A stretch of DNA of 64,000 nucleotides from Bacillota bacterium (GCA_021770445.1 JAETQY010000012.1:53018-117017); one strand, 5' to 3'; numbered from the stretch's first letter, positions 1-10,904 are shown. Numbers and translations are program-made. Notes: generated by a model from the letters alone, not told the origin.

Positions 1-59
1 TTCAGGTCCACGGGGTGGAAAGAGAACCAGAAAGAACTTCCCTGTTTTGAACTGAAAGG

Positions 60-668
60 ATGGAAGATATGAATATTGTGTGTTTGGATATGGAGGGGGT
101 CCTGGTCCCGGAAATTTGGATTGCCTTCTCTGAGGAGAGCGGCATCCCCGAGCTGCGCCGCACCACCCGGGACGAGCCCGACTACGACAAGCTGATGAAG
201 TGGCGGCTGGGTATCTTGAAGGAGCACGGCCTGGGGTTGAAGGAGATTCAGGCGGTGATTGCCAAGATCGACCCTCTGCCCGGGGCAAAGGAGTTTCTGG
301 ACAAGCTCCGGTCCGAGACCCAGGTGGTCATTCTGAGCGATACCTTCGAGCAGTTCGCCAAGCCCCTGATGGAAAAGCTCAACTGGCCCACTATCTTCTG
401 CAACACCCTGGAGGTGGGGGAGAACGGGGAGATCACCGGCTACAAAATGCGGTGCGAGAAGTCCAAGCTGACCACGGTGAGGGCCCTCCAGTCCATGGGC
501 TACGACACCATCGCCGCCGGGGACAGCTTTAACGACCTGGCCATGATCCAGGCCAGCAAGGCGGGCTTCCTGTTCAAGTCCACCGAGGCCATCAAGGCCG
601 CCCACCCCGAGCTGCCCGCCTTTGAGGAATATGACGACCTGCTCCGCGCCATTGAGGGGGCTTTATAA
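60..668 (+). CDS. thrH: Phosphoserine phosphatase / homoserine phosphotransferase ThrH (HAD family)
   Basis: HAD motif I CLDMEGVLVPEIW and GDSFND motif; ~200 aa; true start may be ATG at 69. Confidence 0.9.
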   Translation: MEDMNIVCLDMEGVLVPEIWIAFSEESGIPELRRTTRDEPDYDKLMKWRLGILKEHGLGLKEIQAVIAKIDPLPGAKEFLDKLRSETQVVILSDTFEQFAKPLMEKLNWPTIFCNTLEVGENGEITGYKMRCEKSKLTTVRALQSMGYDTIAAGDSFNDLAMIQASKAGFLFKSTEAIKAAHPELPAFEEYDDLLRAIEGAL

Positions 669-1933
669 TGTCAAACTTATTTGAAAACCTGCCCTTCAAG
701 CCCGCGGACATTCTCCTGCCCCGGGACTGCGACCTGTCCCTGTGGTCGGTGGTGGCCTGCGACCAGTACACCTCCCAGCCTGAATACTGGCAGCGGGTGG
801 ACGAGCGGGTGGGACGCTCCCCCTCCACCTTCCGGCTGATCCTGCCCGAGAGCTGTCTGGAGGGCCCCAGCGTGGAGACCGACATTATGGAGGTCAACAA
901 CACCATGAGCCGCTACCTCCGGGAGGGCCGTTTTCAGGAGTACCCCGACGCCCTGATCTATGTGGAGCGCACCCTGGACAACGGCAAGGGCCGCCGGGGC
1001 CTGGTGGGCATGGTGGACCTGGAGCAGTACGACTATGAGCCGGGGATGGACTGCGCCGTCCGGGCCACTGAGGGGGTGGTCCTGTCCCGCATCCCGCCCC
1101 GGGTGGCGGTGCGGAAGAACGCCCCCATCGAGCTGCCCCACGCCATGCTGCTCAGTGACTGCGGGGACATTATGGAGCCCCTGACCGGCCAGACAGGAGA
1201 GATGGAGCTCCTCTACGACTTCGAGCTGATGGAGGGGGGCGGCCATGTGAAGGGCTGGCTGCTGACCCGGGCGCAGCAGGAGCAGATCGCCCAGGCCATC
1301 CGGAGGCGGAAGGAGTGGGCGGACCGGGAGCGGGACGGCCTGCTCTTCGTGGTGGGGGACGGCAACCACTCCCTGGCCGCGGCCAAGGAGTGCTACGAGC
1401 GCCGCAAGGGGCTCACCGACCCTGAGCAGTGGCCGGAGCTGCCCTCCCGGTACGCCCTGTGCGAGCTGGTGGACCTCCATGACGAGGGGGTGGCCTTTGA
1501 GCCCATCCACCGGGTGGTGTTTGGGGTGAAGCCGGAGGAACTGCTGGACGCCCTGATGAGCTATTACCCCTCTGCCGTCCAGGGCAGAGGGGAGGGGCAC
1601 ATCCTGCCCTTTGTTGTCAGCCGCTGGAGCCAGGGGGAGATCACGGTGACCAAGCCCCCAGCCCGGCTGCCTGTGGATACCCTCCAGCGTTTCCTGGACG
1701 ACTACACAGCCGCCCGCTCCAGGGTGCGGATCGACTACATCCACGGGGAGGCGGAGGCCCGGGCGCTGGCCGAAGAGCGGGAGGATGCCGTCGCCTTCCT
1801 TCTGCCTCCGCCCCACTGGCCGGAGCTGTTCGACGCCATTGTCCGGGATGGTCTCCTGCCCCGAAAGGCCTTCTCCGTCGGCCGAGCCCAGGACAAGCGG
1901 TTCTACTTAGAGGCGAGAAAGATCAGAAAATAA
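668..1933 (+). CDS. DUF1015-family protein
   Basis: Motifs WSVVACDQYTS, DGNHSLAAAK and PIHRVVF typical of DUF1015; coupled to thrH stop. Confidence 0.8.
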   Translation: MSNLFENLPFKPADILLPRDCDLSLWSVVACDQYTSQPEYWQRVDERVGRSPSTFRLILPESCLEGPSVETDIMEVNNTMSRYLREGRFQEYPDALIYVERTLDNGKGRRGLVGMVDLEQYDYEPGMDCAVRATEGVVLSRIPPRVAVRKNAPIELPHAMLLSDCGDIMEPLTGQTGEMELLYDFELMEGGGHVKGWLLTRAQQEQIAQAIRRRKEWADRERDGLLFVVGDGNHSLAAAKECYERRKGLTDPEQWPELPSRYALCELVDLHDEGVAFEPIHRVVFGVKPEELLDALMSYYPSAVQGRGEGHILPFVVSRWSQGEITVTKPPARLPVDTLQRFLDDYTAARSRVRIDYIHGEAEARALAEEREDAVAFLLPPPHWPELFDAIVRDGLLPRKAFSVGRAQDKRFYLEARKIRK

Positions 1934-1937
1934 GGAG

Positions 1938-2798
1938 GTGTCCGCCGTGCGGGTGGAGGCCCACGCAAAACTGAATCTGACCCTGGATGTGCTGGGAAAG
2001 CGCCCCGACGGGTACCACGACCTGCGGATGATTATGCAGTCGGTGGAGCTGGCCGACATCCTGGATTTGCGGTATGCCGACACGGGTGAGCTGCGGGTGA
2101 GCACCAACCTCCATTTTCTGCCCAACAACGAGAAAAACCTGGCCGCCCAGGCCGCTCTGCGGTGGTGGGAGGCCAGGGGACAGTCCCCTCAGGGGTTGGA
2201 TATCACCATTGAGAAGTATATCCCCGTCTGCGCTGGCCTGGGCGGGGGGAGCAGCGACGCTGCCGCCGTCCTCCGGGCGCTGAACCAGATGGAGGATCGG
2301 TACTATGATCCGGAGACATTGGCCGAGACCGGGGCGCTGGTGGGCTCTGACGTGCCCTACTGCGTCATCGGCGGTACCGCTCTGGCCGAGGGGAGGGGAG
2401 AAATCGTCACTTCTCTGCCCCCACTGCCCAAGTGCTGGGTAGTGCTGTGCAAGCCCGAGTTCTCCATCTCCACCCCAGCGCTGTTTGCCAAGATCGACAG
2501 TGTACGCCTGCGCTGCCGCCCCGACACCCAGGGGGCCATTGCCGCCCTGGAGGCGGGGGACCTCCACGGGGTGGCCCGGCGGATGTACAACGTCTTTGAG
2601 GACGCCCTGCCGGAGCGCCAGCACGCCCGAGTGAATGACATCAAGAATGTGCTGATCCAGTGCGGGGCCCTGGGGGCCAGCATGAGCGGCACCGGCCCCA
2701 CCGCCTTCGGGCTCTTCGACGACGAGGGCCTGGCCCGGGAGGCTCAGGAGCGGCTGGAGGAGTTCGGCGGCGAGGTTTTTTTGACACAGACGGTATAA
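1938..2798 (+). CDS. ispE: 4-diphosphocytidyl-2-C-methyl-D-erythritol kinase
   Basis: AKLNLTLDVLGKRPDGYHDL, AGLGGGSSDAA, GSDVP, MSGTGPT motifs. Confidence 0.95.
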   Translation: MSAVRVEAHAKLNLTLDVLGKRPDGYHDLRMIMQSVELADILDLRYADTGELRVSTNLHFLPNNEKNLAAQAALRWWEARGQSPQGLDITIEKYIPVCAGLGGGSSDAAAVLRALNQMEDRYYDPETLAETGALVGSDVPYCVIGGTALAEGRGEIVTSLPPLPKCWVVLCKPEFSISTPALFAKIDSVRLRCRPDTQGAIAALEAGDLHGVARRMYNVFEDALPERQHARVNDIKNVLIQCGALGASMSGTGPTAFGLFDDEGLAREAQERLEEFGGEVFLTQTV

Positions 2799-2813
2799 AA
2801 CAGCAGATAACGA

Positions 2814-2839
2814 AAGCACCGCACAGCCGTGCGGTGCTT
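2814..2839. terminator. Hairpin between convergent ispE and anti-sigma genes
   Basis: aagcaccgcac-agcc-gtgcggtgctt perfect 11-bp stem. Confidence 0.7.
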
Positions 2840-2843
2840 CGAT

Positions 2844-3536
2844 TTATCCCGCCGTTCTCTCCCAAAGGAGGACGGCGTTCTGGGCGGCTTGAGCAAATTC
2901 CGGGTCGGGTATCTGGGGCAGGTTAAGGTATTCCTCCTGGCTGGCCTCCAAATAATAAATGGCGTTGATATCCTGGGAGTCCGGGACTTGATAGTTGACG
3001 GTACAAAAATCAGTCATTTGGGAGTTTCCAATGCAAATATGACCTTCCTTGCCCAAGGGAGGGGTGGAAGCGGATTTAAGCGTCTGGGTGAAGCAGAAAT
3101 AGATGGCGTACCCGTCCTCTGTTTCCCGGAAAAACTCCCAAAAAGAGGCGTAATTATTTCCGTGGAAATAGAGGTCGAAGGCTTCGTCTACAGCAAGCTT
3201 GGCGGTGACCAGCCCCTCCCGATAGGGAATGGGTTTTTCCACGTCAGACGCGGCGGTCAGCGCGGCCAGAGCCACCAGAGCCGCCAGGACGACGGCCAGG
3301 ACAGAACGCCGGCGGCGTGCGGAGAATTTACGCTTTACGCCCCGGAGCACGTTTGCCTCCTGCTGGGCCTGCACCTGGATGTGTTCTGGTACTGCCGATT
3401 CCTGCCGCATCTTATCCAGAAGGGACCGGCAGGCGGGGCAGGTGGCCAGGTGTTCTTCTACGGCTTCGGCAGTTTCGTTGCTGCATACCTTGTCCAGATA
3501 AAGGGGCAGCAGGTCCTGAATAATGTTGCAGTTCAT
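2844..3536 (-). CDS. Anti-sigma factor (zf-HC2 domain, one TM helix, extracellular domain)
   Basis: CNIIQDLLPLYLD...HLATCPAC (HxxxCxxC), TM segment; overlaps ECF sigma stop. Confidence 0.9.
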   Translation of the reverse strand: MNCNIIQDLLPLYLDKVCSNETAEAVEEHLATCPACRSLLDKMRQESAVPEHIQVQAQQEANVLRGVKRKFSARRRRSVLAVVLAALVALAALTAASDVEKPIPYREGLVTAKLAVDEAFDLYFHGNNYASFWEFFRETEDGYAIYFCFTQTLKSASTPPLGKEGHICIGNSQMTDFCTVNYQVPDSQDINAIYYLEASQEEYLNLPQIPDPEFAQAAQNAVLLWERTAG

Positions 3537-4003
3537 TGTGTTTCCTCCTTTAGTTTCAGTTTAGCACGGTGATAGGTGACCCTGGCCCAGCTTTCCGATT
3601 TTCCAAAGAGCTCACCGATTTGGGCAAAGGACAGCTCCCCGAATATGCGAAGAGAAAAAACTTCCTTGTAAGGGTCAGGGAGCATATGGAGACGGCGGTG
3701 AAGGATCATAGCGGTGTCATGACGCAACAGAGCCTCCTCCGGGCTAGGGTGGGATGTCTGGTCTGTTTCAGATATTTGCTGGCGGCGCCGCTCCCGGCGC
3801 ATCTGGGAGAGATACAGGTTTTTCCCGATTTGGCACAACCATACTGACAGCTTACAGGTCCCTCGAAATGTTTCACTGCTTTGGATCGCGCGATAAAATG
3901 TCTCCTGTGTCAGCTCTTCAGCCAGAGTTTGTTCTCCACATAAGGCAAATAAGTATTTGTACACCCCGGGGAACTCTCTGGTGTACACTTCTTCAAAATC
4001 CAA
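3533..4003 (-). CDS. ECF RNA polymerase sigma factor
   Basis: AEELTQETF, WLCQIGKN, region 4 YKEVFSLRIFGELSFAQIG; likely TTG start at 4003 (ORF track starts 4027). Confidence 0.9.
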   Translation of the reverse strand: MDFEEVYTREFPGVYKYLFALCGEQTLAEELTQETFYRAIQSSETFRGTCKLSVWLCQIGKNLYLSQMRRERRRQQISETDQTSHPSPEEALLRHDTAMILHRRLHMLPDPYKEVFSLRIFGELSFAQIGELFGKSESWARVTYHRAKLKLKEETQ

Positions 4004-4030
4004 TCCCTTCTCACCTCCGTTCTGCATATA

Positions 4031-4056
4031 AGACGCGGCAAAGCCTAAATCGTTAC
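4031..4056 (-). promoter_or_regulatory. Putative ECF-type autoregulatory promoter
   Basis: Minus strand GTAAC-16 nt-CGTCT just upstream of the sigma gene, matching the general ECF AAC/CGT consensus. Confidence 0.55.
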
Positions 4057-4174
4057 AAATGAACTGTAAAATATTTTAGCATAGAGCTTTGGTTGATTGG
4101 ATTAAAATAATAAAAACTGTCCATACTGTAAGAAACTTACAGTGTGGGCGGTTTTTCCGCCCCGGGGAGGACAT

Positions 4175-4795
4175 ATGGACCGAAAATTGAAAACCTGGGA
4201 ACTGGCGCTGATGTGCGGCGTGTTGATTGCGGTGGTGGCGGGGAGCTGGCTGAGCCAGGAGCAGCAGGAGTTGGCCGGCAGCGTCATCCGCTTCCATGTC
4301 ATCGCCAACTCGAACAGCGAGGCGGACCAGGCGCTGAAGCTGGCGGTGCGGGACCGGGTGCTGGCCCAGGCGGAGGAGATCTACCCGGAAAACGCCACCC
4401 TGGAGGAGGCCCAGGCGGCGCTGGAAGGGCATTTGAACGTCCTGGCCGCCGCCGGCCGGGAGGTAGTGGAGGAACAGGGGTACGACTACCCGGTGACTGC
4501 CGCCCTGGAGGACTGCTGGTTCCCCACTAAGGAATATGAGGGCTTCGCCCTCCCCGCTGGAACCTACACCGCCCTCCGGGTGACCATCGGCGAGGGCAAG
4601 GGCCAGAACTGGTGGTGTGTGGCCTTCCCGCCCCTGTGTCTGGGGGCGGCCAGTGAGACGGTGGACCAGGCTCTGGAGGCGGGCCATTTCACCCCGGATC
4701 AGGGCGCCCTGGTGACGGGAGACGGCGAGGGCTATGTTCTCAAATTCAAGGCTATGGAGCTTCTGGGCGAGATACAGGGCTTCTTTGAGAAGTAG
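4175..4795 (+). CDS. spoIIR: Stage II sporulation protein R
   Basis: IRFHVIANSNSEADQALKLAVRD, FPTKEY, NWWCVAFPPLC. Confidence 0.92.
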   Translation: MDRKLKTWELALMCGVLIAVVAGSWLSQEQQELAGSVIRFHVIANSNSEADQALKLAVRDRVLAQAEEIYPENATLEEAQAALEGHLNVLAAAGREVVEEQGYDYPVTAALEDCWFPTKEYEGFALPAGTYTALRVTIGEGKGQNWWCVAFPPLCLGAASETVDQALEAGHFTPDQGALVTGDGEGYVLKFKAMELLGEIQGFFEK

Positions 4796-4855
4796 GGAGC
4801 GGTCTCTGCGCCGCCCCAGCGTACCATAATATTCCCCCTTTTCCCCGCATAGGAT

Positions 4856-5560
4856 GTGGAGGAGAAGGGGGAATCTGCATTGCTGGGGCAGCTGATCTTA
4901 ACGCCCGGGGGACGGGGAAAACTGGCCTCCGGGCGGCTCTACGGTCTGAACATCCTGCGGGCGGAGACTGACCCGGCCGGCTTCTGGGGGGAGCGTCGCC
5001 TGCGCCGGGCGGGGAAGGAACTGCGCCAGGGGGGTGTCCTTCGGGTGCTAGTCCCCGAGAGCTTCGACCACTGGTCCACCCTGGCCGCTTTGGGATTGCG
5101 GCCGGTGGAGGTGGAGACCTTTGTCCGGAACCAGTCGGCAACCCTGGCGCTGGAGCTGCTGAAGCGGCAGGACATCCCCCCCGACCGGGCCACCGTGGCC
5201 CTGCGGGGGGTGCGGGCGGACCGGGACATGGCCCGGACAGCGGCGGCGCTGTGCCGACAGGTGCGCAGCCTGGTGGTGGATGCCCCCCGGGGTGGGGAGG
5301 AGCTGGCCGCCTGGTTGCGGTGGGAGTTCGGCGTCCCCGTCCTGCCGCCAGGGGAGGGCTGTCATGCCGCCCTGCGTTTTCATCCGGACTGCCCCGGGAA
5401 CGAGGGAAATGCCCTGGAGCTGTACGGCCCCCGTCCCCGGCTGGCGGGGCTGACCCTCAGCGCGCCCCGACTGGAGGAGGGGGACCGAGAGGACCTGGCC
5501 CTCCTGTCTGTTCTGTGGGAGGGGGGAAAACTGGGACCCAAAGACATAAAAATCACTTGA
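4856..5560 (+). CDS. Hypothetical protein
   Basis: 234-aa ORF with host-like codon usage; no motif recognised; start uncertain. Confidence 0.6.
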   Translation: MEEKGESALLGQLILTPGGRGKLASGRLYGLNILRAETDPAGFWGERRLRRAGKELRQGGVLRVLVPESFDHWSTLAALGLRPVEVETFVRNQSATLALELLKRQDIPPDRATVALRGVRADRDMARTAAALCRQVRSLVVDAPRGGEELAAWLRWEFGVPVLPPGEGCHAALRFHPDCPGNEGNALELYGPRPRLAGLTLSAPRLEEGDREDLALLSVLWEGGKLGPKDIKIT

Positions 5561-5585
5561 CAGACGGGTTGGAAACACATATAAT
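5557..5585 (+). promoter_or_regulatory. Sigma-A promoter for greA-lysS
   Basis: TTGACA-17-TATAAT. Confidence 0.85.
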
Positions 5586-5668
5586 GGCACAGAATGTACG
5601 ACTATGCCCAATTTTACCCCTGTGGGGGCGGAGGGCGAATAGTCCGATGGAAAGGTGTGCGAAATTTC

Positions 5669-6142
5669 ATGGCGAAGGAATATAAGCTGAGTCCTCAGCG
5701 GCTCAAGGAGCTCCAGGACGAGATGACATACCTCAAGACGGTCCGGGAGAAGGAGGTGGCAGACCAGATTAAAGAGGCCCGGTCCTTCGGTGACCTGTCG
5801 GAAAACAGCGAGTACGACGAGGCGAAAAACGAGCAGGGCAAGCTCTACGCCCGCATGGGCGAGCTGGAGGAGATCCTGTCCAACTATGTGGTCATTGAGG
5901 AGGACGAGACCGACGGCGACTATGTCCGTCTGGGTTCCACCGTCACCGTGCTGGACAAGGAGTTCAACGAGGAGCTGGTCTATAAGATTGTGGGCTCCCA
6001 GGAGGCCGACCCCATGAGCGGGGCCATCTCGGAGGACTCTCCCTTCGGCAAGGCGCTGCTGGGCAAAAACGCCGGCGACGACGTCACCGTGGACGCCCCC
6101 GGCGGCCCGGTGGAGTATAAGCTGCTGAAGGTAGAGAGATAA
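5669..6142 (+). CDS. greA: Transcription elongation factor GreA
   Basis: ARSFGDLSENSEYDEAK, ISEDSPFGKALLG. Confidence 0.97.
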   Translation: MAKEYKLSPQRLKELQDEMTYLKTVREKEVADQIKEARSFGDLSENSEYDEAKNEQGKLYARMGELEEILSNYVVIEEDETDGDYVRLGSTVTVLDKEFNEELVYKIVGSQEADPMSGAISEDSPFGKALLGKNAGDDVTVDAPGGPVEYKLLKVER

Positions 6143-6154
6143 GGAGAAATTAAC

Positions 6155-7660
6155 ATGTCCGATAAAAATAATCAGACCGGCGCGTCAGAGCAGGAGAACC
6201 TGTCTCAGCTGCTCCAGATTCGCCGGGACAAGCTCAAGGAGCTCCAGGAGAGCGGGAACGACCCCTTCCAGATCACCCGCTATGTGGTGGACAACGACTC
6301 CGCCAACATCAAGGACAACTTCGACGCCCTGGAGGGGAAAGAGGTGTCCGTCGCCGGCCGGCTCATGTCCAAGCGGGGGATGGGGAAGGTGTCCTTCTGC
6401 GACTTGCAGGACAAGTCCGGCCGCATCCAGCTCTACGCCCGAAAGGACGAGATGGATGAGGAGGAGTACAATCGCTTCAAAAAGTACGACATCGGCGACA
6501 TTGTGGGCGTAAAGGGCGTGGTATTCCGCACCCAGCGGGGGGAGATGTCCGTCCGGGTGGTAAACGTGACCCTGCTCAGCAAGTCCCTGCTGCCCCTGCC
6601 CGAGAAGTTCCACGGCCTGACCAGCACCGAGCTGCGCTACCGCCAGCGGTATGTGGACCTGATTGTCAACCCGGAGGTGAAGCGCAACTTCATCATCCGC
6701 TCCAAATTTATTAAGCACGTCCGGGACTTTATGGATGGCCGGGGCTTTATGGAGGTGGAGACCCCCGTTTTGAACACCATCTCCGGCGGCGCCACCGCCC
6801 GGCCCTTCATCACCCACCACAACACCCTGGACATCGACATGTACATGCGCATCGCCACTGAGCTGCCCCTGAAGCGGCTCATCGTGGGCGGCATGGACCG
6901 GGTGTATGAGATCGGCCGCATCTTCCGCAATGAGGGCATGGACCCCAAGCACAATCCGGAGTTCACCACCATCGAGCTGTACCAGGCCTACGCCGACTTC
7001 AACGACATGATGGATCTGTTCGAGGATCTGCTCACCTCCGCCGCCCAGAAGATCCTGGGCACCTACCAGGTGGAGTGGCAGGGGGAGCAGATCGACCTGA
7101 CCCCCGGCTGGCCCCGTATGCCCATGCACGAGGCGGTAAAGCAGTACTGCGGCATCGACTTCATGGCCATCGACTCCGACGAGGAGGCGGTGGCGGCGGC
7201 CAAGTCCATCGGCGTGGAGCTGCCTGAGACGGCGGACAAGACCTGGGGCAACGCCCTGTATGAGTGCTTCGACCAGAAGGTGGAGGAGAAGCTGATCCAG
7301 CCCACCTTCATCACCATGCACCCGGTGGACGTGTCCCCCCTGGCCAAGCGCTCCCCCTCCGACCCCCGGCTCACCGAGCGGTTCGAGCTGTTCATCTGCC
7401 GCAGCGAGATGGGCAACGCCTTCTCCGAGCTCAACGACCCCATCGACCAGCGCCAGCGCTTCCAGAAGCAGGTGGAGCTGCGGGACAAGGGGGACGACGA
7501 GGCCGGTATGATGGACGAGGACTATGTGACCGCCCTGGAGTATGGCCTGCCCCCCACGGGCGGCCTGGGCATCGGCATCGACCGGTGTGTGATGATGCTC
7601 ACCAATTCCGACTCCATCCGGGAAGTGATCCTGTTCCCCACCATGAAGCCGTTGGATTGA
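6155..7660 (+). CDS. lysS: Lysine-tRNA ligase (class II)
   Basis: [41 protein letters not shown]. Confidence 0.98.
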   Translation: MSDKNNQTGASEQENLSQLLQIRRDKLKELQESGNDPFQITRYVVDNDSANIKDNFDALEGKEVSVAGRLMSKRGMGKVSFCDLQDKSGRIQLYARKDEMDEEEYNRFKKYDIGDIVGVKGVVFRTQRGEMSVRVVNVTLLSKSLLPLPEKFHGLTSTELRYRQRYVDLIVNPEVKRNFIIRSKFIKHVRDFMDGRGFMEVETPVLNTISGGATARPFITHHNTLDIDMYMRIATELPLKRLIVGGMDRVYEIGRIFRNEGMDPKHNPEFTTIELYQAYADFNDMMDLFEDLLTSAAQKILGTYQVEWQGEQIDLTPGWPRMPMHEAVKQYCGIDFMAIDSDEEAVAAAKSIGVELPETADKTWGNALYECFDQKVEEKLIQPTFITMHPVDVSPLAKRSPSDPRLTERFELFICRSEMGNAFSELNDPIDQRQRFQKQVELRDKGDDEAGMMDEDYVTALEYGLPPTGGLGIGIDRCVMMLTNSDSIREVILFPTMKPLD

Positions 7661-7686
7661 GAAAGATTTCCTTTTTCAGCAAAAAG

Positions 7687-7716
7687 AGTGCGGTGACCAG
7701 CTCCGGTCGCCGCACT
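7687..7716. terminator. Hairpin between convergent lysS and methyltransferase
   Basis: agtgcggtgacc...ggtcgccgcact stem, A-run before and T-run after. Confidence 0.7.
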
Positions 7717-8346
7717 TTACCTATTTTTATCAATTTCAATGGTCAGGCCCGGCCTTCCCTGCTTTATCGTCTCCAGCAGCAGGAGGGAGGGGGAATGCTC
7801 CGGACTGTGGGAGACCAGCCGCATCCGCTTGGGCTCCAGACCATGGGCCCGGAGGGCGCAGATCACGTCGGCCAGCCGCTCCGGGCGGTGACACAGAGCG
7901 AAGCGGCCCCCGTTTTTCACCAGCCGGCCAGCGGCGGCGCACAGCTCCTCCAGGGAGCAGCACTCCTCACTCCGGGCCTGCCCGCCGCTCTTCCCGCTGC
8001 CCACGGGAAAGTAGGGCGGGTTGGAGATCACCAGGTCGAAGCTCCCCGGGGACAGGGGGGCGGTCCGCAGGTCGCCGGTGACGATTTCCCCAGAGAGCCG
8101 GTTGGCCGCCAGATTCTCCCGGGCAGTTTGGGCGGACAGAGGGTCCAGCTCGATCCCGGTGAGGTCCAGGCCCGATCCCCGGCCGGCCAGCAGCAGAAGA
8201 AGTACCCCGCTGCCTGTCCCCAGGTCGCACACCCGCCAGCCGGGCTTGACGGTGGAGAACTCCCCCAGCGCCAGGGCGTCGCCCCCCAGGGGAAAGACAC
8301 CCTCCCCCCAGCGCAGCGTGTAGGGTCCAAGCCATTCTGTCCTCAT
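7717..8346 (-). CDS. SAM-dependent methyltransferase, tRNA1(Val) A37 N6-methylase (TrmN6/YabB-like)
   Basis: CDLGTGSG, ISNPPYF, HRPERL motifs; adjacent to rsmI. Confidence 0.85.
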   Translation of the reverse strand: MRTEWLGPYTLRWGEGVFPLGGDALALGEFSTVKPGWRVCDLGTGSGVLLLLLAGRGSGLDLTGIELDPLSAQTARENLAANRLSGEIVTGDLRTAPLSPGSFDLVISNPPYFPVGSGKSGGQARSEECCSLEELCAAAGRLVKNGGRFALCHRPERLADVICALRAHGLEPKRMRLVSHSPEHSPSLLLLETIKQGRPGLTIEIDKNR

Positions 8347-8509
8347 GGTATGTCCTCCTTTTGCGGATCTCCTCACCCAAATAATGGAAAAAATATGGAT
8401 GTCACTGTCATTTGACGCACATATTCGCACAATTCACGGAAAAAGGATACCACATTTTTCCCGACTGTGCTATAATATGTAAAAAATTTCTGGAAAGGGG
8501 GCGGCGTCC

Positions 8510-9337
8510 TTGGCCGGCACCTTATTTCTGGTCCCCACCCCTATCGGCAATCTGAGGGATATCTCCCGGCGGATGGAGGAGACCCTGGAACAGGCGGACT
8601 TTATCGCCGCCGAGGATACCCGGGTGACGGTGAAGCTGCTCAACCACCTGGGGCTGAAGAAGCCCATGCTCACCTACCACCGGCACAACACGGACAGCGG
8701 GGGACAGGCCGTCATCGACCGCCTGCTGGCCGGGGAGAGCTGCGCCCTTGTCACTGACGCGGGTACCCCAGCCATTTCCGACCCAGGGGAGGAGCTGGTG
8801 GCCCGATGTGCGGAATTGGACATCCCCGTCTGTGCCATCCCAGGGCCCTGTGCCCTGGTCACCGCCCTGGCCGTCTCCGGCCAACCCACTAGCCGCTTCA
8901 CCTTCGAGGGCTTTCTGGCCATGAATAAAAAGAACCGCCGCGCCCACCTGGACGCCCTCCGGGGGGAGGAGCGGACCATGATCTTTTACGAGGCCCCCCA
9001 CAAGCTGGCGGCCACGTTGGCGGACCTGTCGGACGCCTTCGGGCCGGACCGGCCCCTCACCCTGTGCCGGGAGCTGACCAAGCTCCACGAGGAGGTCCGG
9101 CGTACCACCCTGGGTCAGGCGGCCACCTACTACCGGGAGAACGACCCCAAGGGAGAGTTTGTGCTGGTGGTTCGGGGGGCGGAGCCAGTGCAGGAGCAGG
9201 AGGCCAGTCTGGAGGACGGCATGGCCCTGGTGGACAAGCTGCGGGGAGGGGGTCTTTCCCTCCGGGACGCAGTGCGACAGGCCGCCGGAGAGCTGGGGCT
9301 GTCCCGGAAGCAGCTCTATGACCTGGCGGTGAGATAA
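8510..9337 (+). CDS. rsmI: 16S rRNA C1402 2'-O-methyltransferase
   Basis: LVPTPIGNL, AAEDTR, DAGTPAISDPG, YEAPH, RELTKLHEE. Confidence 0.96.
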   Translation: MAGTLFLVPTPIGNLRDISRRMEETLEQADFIAAEDTRVTVKLLNHLGLKKPMLTYHRHNTDSGGQAVIDRLLAGESCALVTDAGTPAISDPGEELVARCAELDIPVCAIPGPCALVTALAVSGQPTSRFTFEGFLAMNKKNRRAHLDALRGEERTMIFYEAPHKLAATLADLSDAFGPDRPLTLCRELTKLHEEVRRTTLGQAATYYRENDPKGEFVLVVRGAEPVQEQEASLEDGMALVDKLRGGGLSLRDAVRQAAGELGLSRKQLYDLAVR

Positions 9338-9443
9338 TTTGCACCCATTTTTCAAAAAATGGATAAAATAGAGAGATAAAGGTACTTGTATCCTCGCCCG
9401 CAGGGCGGGGATACGGGATTAAAAAGTGTCGAGGTGCTGTTCC

Positions 9444-10811
9444 ATGAATCGAAACATTGAGGACTATATCAAGCCGGGGGCCCGGGCCCATCTGGTAGGC
9501 GTAGGCGGGGTGTCTATGGCCCCCCTGGCCGAGGTGCTGAAGGGAAAAGGGGTGGATGTCACCGGTTCAGATATGAAGGAAAGTGAGGCGGTAGACCACC
9601 TCCGGTCCCTGGGCATCCCGGTGGTCATCGGCCACCTGCCCGAGAGCGTAGAGGGGGCGGGCTGTGTGATCCGTACCGCCGCTGTCCACAATGACAACCC
9701 GGAGATCGCCGCCGCTTTGGCTGCGGGCATCCCCGTCTTTGAGCGGGCCCAAGCCTGGGGGGCCATTATGCGCCATTATCAAAACGCTCTGTGTGTGGCG
9801 GGCACCCACGGCAAGACCACCACGACGTCCATGTGCACCCACATCTTTCTGGCCGCCGGACGGGACCCCTCGGTGATGATCGGGGGCACTTTGCCCATTT
9901 TGGGCTGCGGCCACCGGGTGGGGCATGGGGATACCATCATTGCCGAGTCCTGCGAATACTGCAACTCCTTCCTGTCCTTCGCCCCCACAGTGGCGGTAAT
10001 CCTCAATATAGAGCCTGACCACCTGGACTTTTTCAAGGACCTGGACGACATTAAAGCCTCCTTCCGGCGCTTTGCCCAGCTGGTGCCTTCCACCGGCAGC
10101 GTTATTGTCAACAACGACAACCCCGGGGCACGCTCCATTGCCTGCGGCCTGGACCCCTTCACCTTTGGTCTGGAGGAGGGGGCGGAGTGCACCGCGGCCA
10201 ATCTCACCTGGGAGCGGGGCCTGCCCACCTTCGACATTGTGGTTCACGGGGAGAAATACGCCCATGTGTCCCTCCGGGTGGGGGGAATCCACAACGTGTC
10301 CAACGCCCTGGCCGCCGCCTCTGCCGCCTATGTGCTGGGGGTGCCGGGAGCGGCGGTGGAGGAGGGGCTGGACGCCTTCACCGGCGCCGGCCGCCGGTTT
10401 GAGAGGAAGGGGACCTTCCACGGGGCCGACGTCTACGACGACTACGCCCACCACCCAGACGAGCTGCGGGCCCTGCTGACCATGGCCAGGACCCTGGGCT
10501 ACCAGAGGATCATCTGTGCCTTCCAGCCCCACACCTACACCCGTACTGCCGCCCTCTTCGACGATTTCGCGGAGGCGCTCAAGCTGGCTGACACGGCTGT
10601 TCTGGCCCCCATCTACGCCGCCCGGGAGACGGACGACCTGGGGATGTCCTCGGAGAAGCTGGCGGAAAAGATCCCGGGGGCGGTCAGCTGTGGGAGCCTG
10701 GAGGAGGTAACTGCCCAGCTGGCGGATATGGCCCAGCCCGGCGACCTGATCCTCACTGTGGGGGCAGGGGACATCTATCTGGCCGGAGAGGCGCTGGTCG
10801 AAAAGAGATAG
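9444..10811 (+). CDS. murC: UDP-N-acetylmuramate-L-alanine ligase
   Basis: GVGGVSM, AGTHGKTTT, DDYAHHP, FQPHTYTR, GAGDI. Confidence 0.95.
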   Translation: MNRNIEDYIKPGARAHLVGVGGVSMAPLAEVLKGKGVDVTGSDMKESEAVDHLRSLGIPVVIGHLPESVEGAGCVIRTAAVHNDNPEIAAALAAGIPVFERAQAWGAIMRHYQNALCVAGTHGKTTTTSMCTHIFLAAGRDPSVMIGGTLPILGCGHRVGHGDTIIAESCEYCNSFLSFAPTVAVILNIEPDHLDFFKDLDDIKASFRRFAQLVPSTGSVIVNNDNPGARSIACGLDPFTFGLEEGAECTAANLTWERGLPTFDIVVHGEKYAHVSLRVGGIHNVSNALAAASAAYVLGVPGAAVEEGLDAFTGAGRRFERKGTFHGADVYDDYAHHPDELRALLTMARTLGYQRIICAFQPHTYTRTAALFDDFAEALKLADTAVLAPIYAARETDDLGMSSEKLAEKIPGAVSCGSLEEVTAQLADMAQPGDLILTVGAGDIYLAGEALVEKR

Positions 10812-10904
10812 ATTTGAAAAAAGATTTTTCATATATCTTTACAAAAGGTATCCGGAGTGCTAAAATCAAAATAGAATATCTGACAAGCGGGGAGGGAGCG
10901 GAAC

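Noticed and set aside
5586-5668. greA leader as a riboswitch or leader peptide
   Set aside because: No recognisable aptamer, T-box or terminator; the in-frame upstream ATG lacks an SD
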